Source: Candidatus Undinarchaeota archaeon (lineage in GTDB: Archaea; SpSt-1190). From it: DNA of 38,292 bases. A program made the position numbers and the translations under genes. The notes under the pieces are model-generated. The model saw only the letters and a program-made list of their open reading frames with translations, was not told where the DNA came from and did no database searches. Positions within the stretch are counted from its first letter, which is position 1. Each line of letters starts with the position of its first letter. Shown piece after piece: positions 25,982-34,265 of the stretch. Location: positions 1-38,292 of the forward strand of contig CAZJUS010000003.1 of assembly GCA_964549355.1 (NCBI GenBank), in the 5' to 3' direction.

Positions 25982-26512
25982 TCAAAGCACATCGCTTCTG
26001 GAGATTATGCCGCGGACCGCCCCGCCTGTGCCCTGCACAAGCACTATGCTTTCTTTTTTCAGGATGTCCTTTACTACGCTGGCCGGCGTGTCCTCTGAAA
26101 CGGTTACAGGGGGAGGTGCCATGAATCTTGAGCACTCTGCCCGGTAGTTGTCCCTGCCCGCTTCCAGGATTTTGCCCTCATTGATTCTGCCCACCACTTT
26201 TCTGCCATCGATGACCGGCAGATTGGAAAAACCGTGTTTTATTAGGATTGCAGCGGCCTTTTCCAGAGAATCTTCCGGCGCCACAAAAAAAACTTTTTTT
26301 CTCATTATGTCCTTGGCGGTCTTTTCACTGCATTTGCTGAGATGCTCAAGCGTTTCAAAAATCCGCTTGGCCGTGACATAGTTGGGCACCATTTTTTTCC
26401 GCTCGATTTTGGCGATGGCGGATTGGCTGATGCCAACTTCCAAGGCCAGCTGTTTTTGGGTCAGTCCCAGCATCCTCCTCCTGAAAGCAATCTCGCTTAG
26501 TTTGGGCAGCAC
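25982..26512 (-). CDS. XRE-type HTH plus CBS-pair regulator (COG3620-like)
   Basis: RRMLGLTQKQLA..GISQSAIAKIE followed by CBS repeats (TAKDIM, GFSNLPV, GIISRSDVL). Confidence 0.9.
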   Translation of the reverse strand: MLPKLSEIAFRRRMLGLTQKQLALEVGISQSAIAKIERKKMVPNYVTAKRIFETLEHLSKCSEKTAKDIMRKKVFFVAPEDSLEKAAAILIKHGFSNLPVIDGRKVVGRINEGKILEAGRDNYRAECSRFMAPPPVTVSEDTPASVVKDILKKESIVLVQGTGGAVRGIISRSDVL

Positions 26513-26588
26513 AGCACCACCGAATATTCCAATCTTACCACTTTAAGTATGTTTGGAATGACTATTTTTTTAATAGCCCCTTCCTCCC

Positions 26589-27710
26589 ATGTCCATGAAA
26601 ATTGTCAGTGTCCCCCATCCAAAGTATATGAGCGGTGAAGTTGTTGAACGAAAGGAAATAGGCCATCCCGATTCCCTCTGCGACGGTGTGGCGGAGGCGA
26701 TGTCCCGCGAATTGAGCAGGGCGTATTTGAAAGAGACAGGCGTCATCCAGCACCACAATGTCGACAAGGTGCTTCTGGTGGCAGGGCAGTCTGAAAGGAA
26801 TTGGGGCGGTGGCAGGGTGGTCCAGCCCATCCGGATAATTCTGGCGGGGCGTGCAACCTTCTGCGTTCCGGTAAAGGAGATTGCAGTCAAAGCAGCGGAG
26901 GACTATCTCCTCAGCGTTCTTCCCGACGCTGAGCCGGAGCATTTCAGGATCGAGTGCGCCATTGGAGAGGGGTCAAGCGAATTGTGCAGTTCTGTCGATG
27001 ATGTCGTATCGAACGACACCAGCATCGGCGTAGGATTTGCACCTTTCAGCGAGGCAGAGCAACTGACCAAGGACATCGGTGCATTTGTCACCAGCAAAGC
27101 ATTCACAAGTGAATGGCCCGAGGTCGGCGCAGATATAAAAGTGATGACCAATAAAGACAACGGCATTCTCGATGTCACTGTTGCAATGGCTTTTGTCGGC
27201 AGGCACCTGAAGGATGTTGCCGATTACCGCAGGAGCAAGGAAGCCATAGCTGGACTGCTTCGTGACAAGTTCGGCATGACCGGAAGGAACAGCCTGGCCA
27301 TCAATACCCTTGACAAATACGACAGCAAAGACCAGGTTTTCCTTACGGTCATTGGGACCAGCGCCGAACACGGAGACGACGGCGAAGTCGGCAGAGGCAA
27401 CAGGGTGAACGGCTTGATTACGCCCGCCAGGCCGATGTCCCTTGAAGCAGCTGCAGGCAAGAATCCGGTGAGCCATGTCGGCAAGCTCTACAACACAATG
27501 GCCCAGCTGATTGCAGACCGGATTTACAAGGAAACCGGCAGGCCTGCCGAAGTGATAATGCAGAGCAAAATCGGGCACCCAATCACCGAACCCGCAATAG
27601 TCCTCTTGAGGACCGATGCCACCGGAGTGGAGGCAAGTGTAAAGGATGAACTGGCCAAGCTGCCTGAGATAACACGCGGTTTTGTGGAGGGCAAATTCAA
27701 AGTGTTCTGA
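26589..27710 (+). CDS. mat: Archaeal-type S-adenosylmethionine synthetase
   Basis: VERKx[42 protein letters not shown]. Confidence 0.95.
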   Translation: MSMKIVSVPHPKYMSGEVVERKEIGHPDSLCDGVAEAMSRELSRAYLKETGVIQHHNVDKVLLVAGQSERNWGGGRVVQPIRIILAGRATFCVPVKEIAVKAAEDYLLSVLPDAEPEHFRIECAIGEGSSELCSSVDDVVSNDTSIGVGFAPFSEAEQLTKDIGAFVTSKAFTSEWPEVGADIKVMTNKDNGILDVTVAMAFVGRHLKDVADYRRSKEAIAGLLRDKFGMTGRNSLAINTLDKYDSKDQVFLTVIGTSAEHGDDGEVGRGNRVNGLITPARPMSLEAAAGKNPVSHVGKLYNTMAQLIADRIYKETGRPAEVIMQSKIGHPITEPAIVLLRTDATGVEASVKDELAKLPEITRGFVEGKFKVF

Positions 27711-27783
27711 GACAAATTGCAGCTTTTGGCAGCAGCCCGCGGCCGAACCCTTATCTTTTTATATCCCCTTTTGGTTTTATCCC

Positions 27784-28170
27784 ATGGCAACCACTTTCGA
27801 TGAAGTCGTCAAGCTCCGCAAAGGGCGCTACATAATTTTGGACGGGCACCCATGCAAAATCACCAATATCCAGACCTCTGCTCCCGGCAAGCACGGCCAC
27901 GCCAAATCGCGCATTGAAGGCACCAGCCTCTTTGACAAGAGCAAGCATTCCGTAGTCAAGCCCAGCAGTGCAAAGGTCGAAGTGCCGATTATCCAGAGGC
28001 GCCAGGCCCAGGTGCTGAATGTGGCGGGCAGAACTGTCCAGCTCATGGACTCGCAGAACTACGAGACTTTTGAAGAAGAAATTCCGGAAGGGATGGAGTT
28101 CCAGCCCGGCCAGGAGATTTTCTATTGGGTTGTAATGGGGCGGAAGCTGCTGAAACGCGAGGACCAGTGA
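27784..28170 (+). CDS. eif5a: Translation factor aIF5A
   Basis: Hypusine motif SAPGKHGHAK, and VQLMD...YETF. Confidence 0.97.
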   Translation: MATTFDEVVKLRKGRYIILDGHPCKITNIQTSAPGKHGHAKSRIEGTSLFDKSKHSVVKPSSAKVEVPIIQRRQAQVLNVAGRTVQLMDSQNYETFEEEIPEGMEFQPGQEIFYWVVMGRKLLKREDQ

Positions 28171-28173
28171 ATC

Positions 28174-28800
28174 TCAGCGCTTGCGGACTTTGATGATCTT
28201 ACCGAAGATATTGATTATGAGTGAATCCAGCTCATATTTGTCGAGCACATGTTTTTCAATGCTTTTGCTCATAGTGTTGCCTGCATAATTGGCCAGCACA
28301 TTCTCCCACAGTTCCATCATTCTTGCATTCACACTCTCTGCAGTCTTCCTGAAAAAGGTCCTTTTGATTATGTGCGGTGTTGCCATGAGGCCGAAGGATT
28401 TCATACTAAGATTCTTGTTTGTGAATTCTGTGGCGAATTCCAAATTGATGCTGTCGCCCTGGTTTTTTTCTTCATCATACCAGAAGGTGACTTTGCATCC
28501 CCCCTTGGTTACGCCTGCCAAAATACGGGATTTCCCTTTGACCCTGAACTCCACTTTGAAATCCTTGGCGCCGACAAGCTCCTTGAAAACAGCTTCCGTG
28601 ATGGCATTTTCCTTGCTCGTTACATTTATCCCGGAGGGCCGGAGTATGGTCACATCAATGGGGCCTTCAAACATCAAGCCCATGCTTGTCTTTGCACTGC
28701 TTTTCAGGATTTCAATGTAGCGGACCATGGCTGCTATCAGGCTCTGTTTGGAATTCCGCACTGCGGAGCCGTAGACTGTCCTGAAAACCGAGTACGCCAC
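28174..28800 (-). CDS. Hypothetical protein
   Basis: 208-aa ORF with protein-like composition, convergent with aIF5A and divergent from alba. Confidence 0.6.
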   Translation of the reverse strand: MAYSVFRTVYGSAVRNSKQSLIAAMVRYIEILKSSAKTSMGLMFEGPIDVTILRPSGINVTSKENAITEAVFKELVGAKDFKVEFRVKGKSRILAGVTKGGCKVTFWYDEEKNQGDSINLEFATEFTNKNLSMKSFGLMATPHIIKRTFFRKTAESVNARMMELWENVLANYAGNTMSKSIEKHVLDKYELDSLIINIFGKIIKVRKR

Positions 28801-28871
28801 ATTATGGTTTGGAATTTGGAATTAATAACCTTTTTTAAACGCCCGCCCCTCCCTTCTCCAGGTGATGCAAA

Positions 28872-29180
28872 ATGGCAGACAAAGAAGGCGTTGTCTTCAT
28901 CGGGACCAAACCTCCAATGAGCTATGTGCTGGCCGTGGTGACCCAGTTCCATGAAGGCAATGATACAGTACAGGTAAAGGCGCGCGGAAGAGCAATAAGC
29001 CGTGCAGTGGACGTGTCCGAAATTGTGAGAAACCGCTTTTTGGACGGCGTCAAAGTAAAAGACATAAAAACAGGGACAGAGTCCATTCAGGGCGAAAAAG
29101 GGGATAAGATAAACGTCTCGTTTATTGAGATTACCCTTGCCAAGGACGGCGAAGTTTTGAGCAAAAAGAAAAAAGAGTAG
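28872..29180 (+). CDS. albA: DNA/RNA-binding protein Alba
   Basis: [35 protein letters not shown] upstream. Confidence 0.97.
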   Translation: MADKEGVVFIGTKPPMSYVLAVVTQFHEGNDTVQVKARGRAISRAVDVSEIVRNRFLDGVKVKDIKTGTESIQGEKGDKINVSFIEITLAKDGEVLSKKKKE

Positions 29181-29209
29181 CATCTTAAACCCCTTATTTT
29201 TTTTAGTTT

Positions 29210-30202
29210 ATGCATAGTGCTACGAAGGATACTGCCGTGGGCCCTGTATTTGGAAAACTGCCCAAAGGCTGCGATTTATGCGGAAAAGGGGCTAAACTGG
29301 TCCTTTTTGCCACAGGCCTTTGCGATTTCAACTGCTTTTACTGCCCCATTTCAGAAGCCCGGAGAGGCAGTGACGTGGCATTTGCCAATGAGCGCCCGAT
29401 ACGGGGCATTCCAGACCTCCTGACCGAAGCCAAGGAAAGCGGTGCCCTGGGGGCGGGAGTGACCGGAGGGGACCCGTTGAAGTCCGGCAGGACATTCGAG
29501 TTCATCCGCGCCCTCAAGGAAAACTTCAGCCGGAAATTCCACATTCATCTCTACACCAAGACCACAGACCCTGCCAGGCTCAAGACGGCTTATGATGCAG
29601 GGGTTGATGAAATCAGATTCCACTGGTCGGACCCCGCACCCGCCCTGGATTTCGGCTGGGATGTGGGGGCTGAGGTTCCAGCCATCCCGGGGCAGTCCGA
29701 AAAACTCCGCAGATACATTTCCAAGCTTGACGGCCTCGGAATAAAGTTTGTGAATTTGAATGAACTTGAGTTCAGCGACAGCAATTTTGAGGCGCTCCGT
29801 TCACACGGCCTAAGACATATTGATGATGAAGCGGAAAGCATTGGAGTGAAGGGGAGTGAACAGCTCGCCCTTGAAACCATGGCATGGGCTGAAGACCAAA
29901 AACTTTCAATTTCCATTCACTATTGCTCTGCCAGGACTAAACTATTCACACAATTGATTGAAAGATACAAACGGACTGCAAAAAATATTGCAAAACCTTA
30001 TGAAGTGGTGACTGACGAAGGCACGATTCTGGTCGGGGAAGTCCCCGACACCGCAGTCAACAGGGGCAGGCTCAGGGAGGGATTCGACAAGAGCGGAAAA
30101 TGGCTCCGCACCAGCCCAGGAAATGCAGAAAAGCTGGGAGGCAGGCTTGTGGAGTACTGGCCCACTTTTGACCGGAGGCCAGTTGAGATTACCAATTTAT
30201 GA
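29210..30202 (+). CDS. Radical SAM protein (COG2108-like)
   Basis: LPKGCDLC..GAKLVLF.TG, CxxxCxxC (CDFNCFYC), TGGDP, DEIRFH, NLNELEFS. Confidence 0.9.
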   Translation: MHSATKDTAVGPVFGKLPKGCDLCGKGAKLVLFATGLCDFNCFYCPISEARRGSDVAFANERPIRGIPDLLTEAKESGALGAGVTGGDPLKSGRTFEFIRALKENFSRKFHIHLYTKTTDPARLKTAYDAGVDEIRFHWSDPAPALDFGWDVGAEVPAIPGQSEKLRRYISKLDGLGIKFVNLNELEFSDSNFEALRSHGLRHIDDEAESIGVKGSEQLALETMAWAEDQKLSISIHYCSARTKLFTQLIERYKRTAKNIAKPYEVVTDEGTILVGEVPDTAVNRGRLREGFDKSGKWLRTSPGNAEKLGGRLVEYWPTFDRRPVEITNL

Positions 30203-30916
30203 ACGCTGCCATTTCCTGACCATTATTTTGGCAGCTTCAGTCAGATTCGGCTCCCCGCCTTTCTTCAGCTTGCCGAGCTTGACGGCCAGCTCTTCCAGCG
30301 AAGCTTCCCCCTTCTTCTTGAGTTTGAATTTCCCCAGGATCTCCGGGTGCTTTTTTATCAGAAGCAACGCAACTTCAATTGGGTCTTTGTGTTTGTCAAT
30401 CTCCAATGCGTTCTGCAGAATCAAGTCGCTTTCACTTTCCCCTTCGTATATTATTCCAGGCGAATCAATCAGCAGAATGCGGGGGTGGATTTTTATCCAC
30501 TGCTCGCCTTTTGTGAATCCTGCTTCTGCCCCGACTTTGGCGCTCCGCCTTCCTGCGAGGTAGTTTATCAGACTGCTTTTGCCGACATTCGGCCTGCCTA
30601 CAACCCCCACCCTCAGTTCCTGGCCGCCCCGGATTCTTGACTTTAGCAGTCTGAGGAGGCGGGCTTTCCCCCTGCGGGCCCTCGCTGATATTGGAATGCC
30701 CCCCGTTTCTTCAGCCAGCTTCCGCACCTCCGCGGGGGCCAACAGGTCGGACTTGTTGATGACGAGAATCAGGCTGCGCTTTTTGAGATTGACCAGTTTC
30801 CTGAGCTTCGGGCTCCTGAAAGGGAATCTGGCGTCGACCAGCTCCAGCACGACATGGCTTTGGGAGACCACCCTCTCGACTCTTTTCCATGCCTTTATCC
30901 ATCCAGCCCTGCCCAT
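30197..30916 (-). CDS. Circularly permuted ribosome-biogenesis GTPase (RbgA/YlqF family)
   Basis: Motif order DARFP, NKSD (G4), GRPNVGKS (G1), GFT (G2), DSPG (G3). Confidence 0.92.
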   Translation of the reverse strand: MGRAGWIKAWKRVERVVSQSHVVLELVDARFPFRSPKLRKLVNLKKRSLILVINKSDLLAPAEVRKLAEETGGIPISARARRGKARLLRLLKSRIRGGQELRVGVVGRPNVGKSSLINYLAGRRSAKVGAEAGFTKGEQWIKIHPRILLIDSPGIIYEGESESDLILQNALEIDKHKDPIEVALLLIKKHPEILGKFKLKKKGEASLEELAVKLGKLKKGGEPNLTEAAKIMVRKWQRS

Positions 30917-30917
30917 G

Positions 30918-31463
30918 CTATAATTCTTTGCAGGCCTTTTTAACAGCTTCAATGGCTTCATTGAGCCTGCCTTGCTTGTTGTGGATGTAGAATACGGGAG
31001 CACCCGTTACTGCGGAATACGCCGACGCGTAATACCTGTTCATTTCCTGAAGTTCGTCCGGGAATTCCTCCCTCTTCCGCACGCCCTTGTCTTTTTCACG
31101 CCTCTTCCTAAGCTCATCAAGGCCGGCTTCAACAACCAGCAGGCCGTCCGGCTTGATGAGGGCAAGCTGGTCGACAGGCAGCCCCGGATAGTACCAGCCG
31201 TTCTTGAAGATGCTCATGTGGGTGTCCACCAGAATGTCGCCCCCCATTCCGGCAATTCTTCCGGCGGCTTCGGCTTGAATTTTTTTGTATTAACTGACTT
31301 TGATTTTCCTCCTCATGTCATCGCGGTCGGCAATGCCGTATTTCTCCTTGGCGATTTCCAGCATTATGCTTCCGAAATTCACTATTTTCCACCCGCTTTC
31401 AGCCAGCCCTTCCATTATTGAAGTCTTGCCGACGCCCGGGGCCCCGGTTACAATAATCTTCAT
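30918..31463 (-). pseudogene. adkA: Archaeal adenylate kinase interrupted by one in-frame TAA (31290-31292)
   Basis: GAPGVGKT, VNFGSIM and RDDMRR, then *YKKIQAEAA in the same frame, then LVDTH, GWYYPGLP and QEMNRYYA. Confidence 0.85.
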
Positions 31464-31485
31464 AGTACGCTTCACTTTCCGGATA

Positions 31486-33204
31486 TTAAAGCCCTTCCAA
31501 TTCGCGCACAAGCTTCACATAGGTCTCGCGGGTGATTTCCTTGTCCTTGAGCTTCTCCTGCAGGAACTTGACGGCCCTGGCCTTGCTCTCCGCCAGCATG
31601 ATCATGTCTTTTTCAGTCAGCTCCGCCCTGCCTTTCTTCCTTTTGCCGAGGACATTCCTGGCGGTGTACGCCCCCAGCACAAGAATCAGGAGGAGCTTCC
31701 AGTCGATGGCGGGGAGGCTGAAGCTTATGGGCAGGTTCTTCATATCCCCGAACACCCCTTCCCTGAGGTCTGCCCTCCTGGCGGAAAATATGGCGGTTTC
31801 AATCAATGACGGGTCGCCCCCGCTGTGCGTGAGCAGGTAGATGGCGTGCCTCCTGTACGCCTCCGAAAACTCATCTGTTTTTGGGCTGCTGAAAACCGAC
31901 TGCAGGTAGGCCCTGCTGGCCCCTTTTGACGCATCAGCCCATGCAATTGCGTCCAGTGCATTGTAGAGTGCTGCGAAATACATGTCTGCATCGTAGCTTT
32001 TGACTGCGAGTGTGAGTGCTTCTTCAGCACTGCGGGACTCGCCTGCGACTATCTTGGCCTGCTCCACTGCCTCCTTGGCTTCCAGTATTTTTTGGTTGGC
32101 CAGTTTCTTGACCTGCCCGATGTCCAGAGTCCGGTTGCCTGTCCTTTCCAGGGCAAACATATTGGCGGCAATCAGCAGCCAGTCCTTCTTGGCAATGAAG
32201 CTGTTGTCCTTGAAAAGAGCCCAGCTGAGGCGGAGTTCAGTTTCCGCCCTCCAATACGGGTCGCTGGTCTCAAACTTCTGCAACTGCTTGGACATCTCAT
32301 TTGCAACGGAATCCACATTCTCCAGCGAAGTCTGGGATGCAACAGCTGCAAGGAAAGCGTAATTGGCGCGGGTGTATGGAAAGTCGCTGCCGACCTTGGC
32401 AGCTTTGTTGAGGTAGTCCAGCGCAATGGATTCGTTTGCGTCAATACCGTTCACAAGTTTCCGCGCCCTTGCCACAGACATATCTGCCAGCTCATTCACT
32501 CGTGTGAGGTTTCTTGTGAATTTCGGAATTGCGAATTGAAACGGGGGGCGGGCTGTTATATTCTTGGTCATCCAGTCATATGCCTGCGATATGTTTGTGA
32601 ATTCGACGATTGAAAGATTCCAGTTTTCAGCAGCATACTCGGCAATATCAATTTCAACAGGGCGCGCCTCTTCAATATAAATCCCTTCGCGGGGATTCAC
32701 AAATTCTTTGGCATATGTGACTGTTTTGCTTTGGCCTGCGGGAATCAGAAAAACCCTGGCAAACTGGGAGACTGCTTTGGCCTTCTGCAGGATGCCTGCG
32801 ACCTGCATGACCCTTCCGGCAGAGTCTATGCCCCCGGTTATGCTGACGCCCGGGCTTATGGTGTCATTGTTGATTTCCGACATCAGGCAGACTGCCATTG
32901 CCATCCCTGCACTCCCGCCGTCGATGGTGCCTGTGTTTGCGGCACTGAAGATAAAAATCACATCCTTGTCCGAGAAGTTGCCGACCAGGGTCTTGGCCAC
33001 TGCGGTAGCCGTCCTTTCGCTTTCCTGGGTGCCCACCCCAATATAGGGGTCCGTAGTCACCAGCACCCTGCCGTGCCCCGGCACCAGCTCGCAGGTGAGA
33101 TTGACCAGGACGCCCTGCATATTTGAATCCACTGCAGGCACCATCAGGCCGGCCGAGAATCCTATGCTGAGCATCAGGAAAGCAAGGAATGCCGGGCGCC
33201 TCAT
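31486..33204 (-). CDS. Secreted/membrane-anchored S16 (Lon-like) serine protease, COG1750-like
   Basis: Signal peptide, IDGGSAG catalytic Ser motif, ITGGI, VAGILQKAKA Lys, and a TM helix near the C-terminus. Confidence 0.85.
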   Translation of the reverse strand: MRRPAFLAFLMLSIGFSAGLMVPAVDSNMQGVLVNLTCELVPGHGRVLVTTDPYIGVGTQESERTATAVAKTLVGNFSDKDVIFIFSAANTGTIDGGSAGMAMAVCLMSEINNDTISPGVSITGGIDSAGRVMQVAGILQKAKAVSQFARVFLIPAGQSKTVTYAKEFVNPREGIYIEEARPVEIDIAEYAAENWNLSIVEFTNISQAYDWMTKNITARPPFQFAIPKFTRNLTRVNELADMSVARARKLVNGIDANESIALDYLNKAAKVGSDFPYTRANYAFLAAVASQTSLENVDSVANEMSKQLQKFETSDPYWRAETELRLSWALFKDNSFIAKKDWLLIAANMFALERTGNRTLDIGQVKKLANQKILEAKEAVEQAKIVAGESRSAEEALTLAVKSYDADMYFAALYNALDAIAWADASKGASRAYLQSVFSSPKTDEFSEAYRRHAIYLLTHSGGDPSLIETAIFSARRADLREGVFGDMKNLPISFSLPAIDWKLLLILVLGAYTARNVLGKRKKGRAELTEKDMIMLAESKARAVKFLQEKLKDKEITRETYVKLVRELEGL

Positions 33205-33308
33205 GCCCTTTGCAGTTTCATGGGTTTAAATTGCTTATTGGCCGGCACTATGGGCATTGGACTTCACTGTGAGTATTAAGCTTTTATACTTCCCTTTGAC
33301 GTATGTTT

Positions 33309-34265
33309 ATGGCAAGTTTTGGCCAGATATGGACCGAAAAGTACCGTCCGCTCAAGCTGAAGGACATGCTCAACCAGGAGCATATAGTTTCCAGGCTTAG
33401 AGCTTTTGTGGACAGCGGTTCGGTGCCCCACATGCTTTTTGCAGGGCCCCCCGGCGTTGGAAAGACCACTGCGGCCCTGTGCCTGGCCAGGGAGCTCTTC
33501 GGCGACAGCTGGAAGGAGAATTATATGGAGACCAATGCCAGCGATGAGCGGGGCATTGATGTAATCCGGAACAAAATCAAGAACTTTGCCCGCACCAAGC
33601 CCATCGGCGGGGATTTCAAGATAATATTCTTGGATGAGGCGGACGCCCTCACCAAGGATGCCCAGCAGGCCCTCCGCCGGACCATGGAGGTCTACAGCAG
33701 AATCTGCAGGTTCATCCTGAGCTGCAATTATCCAAGCAAAGTGATAGAGCCCATCCAAAGCCGGACTGTGGTCTTCCGCTTCCGCCCCTTCATCCCTGAG
33801 GATATGACCAAGATTCTGGTCAAGATAGCCGAAGGCGAGGGCATCAAGTATGATGATGATGCTTTGAGCGCCATCTCGGAGATTGCATCCGGGGATGCCA
33901 GGTACTCCATCAATCTTTTCCAGGCGGCCTCGGCCATCGGCGACAAGCTCACCCGTGCTGCAGTTTTTGAGGCTGCCGCCCGGGCCAAGCCGGAGGAAGT
34001 GAAAGACATGCTCAAGCTTGCCTTCCAGGGGGAATTCACAAAAGCCCGCGACATGCTCATAGACCTGCTTGCAAAAAAAGGAATCAGCGGGGATTTGATA
34101 ATCCGCGAGATTCACAGGCAGGTCGTCAGCGGAGACCTTGATGATGACAAAAGAGTGGCCCTTATGGAGGCCGTGGGTGAACATGAATTTCGCATGCTTG
34201 AGGGTGCCAGCGAGATGATACAGCTCGATGCCCTCCTCGCAAAAATTGCCGTGGTGATGAAATGA
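33309..34265 (+). CDS. rfcS: Replication factor C small subunit
   Basis: WTEKYRP, GPPGVGKTT, NASDERGID, LDEAD, AQQALRR, IQSR. No intein. Start at 33303 or 33309. Confidence 0.97.
   Translation: MASFGQIWTEKYRPLKLKDMLNQEHIVSRLRAFVDSGSVPHMLFAGPPGVGKTTAALCLARELFGDSWKENYMETNASDERGIDVIRNKIKNFARTKPIGGDFKIIFLDEADALTKDAQQALRRTMEVYSRICRFILSCNYPSKVIEPIQSRTVVFRFRPFIPEDMTKILVKIAEGEGIKYDDDALSAISEIASGDARYSINLFQAASAIGDKLTRAAVFEAAARAKPEEVKDMLKLAFQGEFTKARDMLIDLLAKKGISGDLIIREIHRQVVSGDLDDDKRVALMEAVGEHEFRMLEGASEMIQLDALLAKIAVVMK

Noticed and set aside
31247..31300. Programmed frameshift in adk at the A-run
   Set aside because: Both halves are in the same frame. The interruption is a stop codon and the A-run lies after it.
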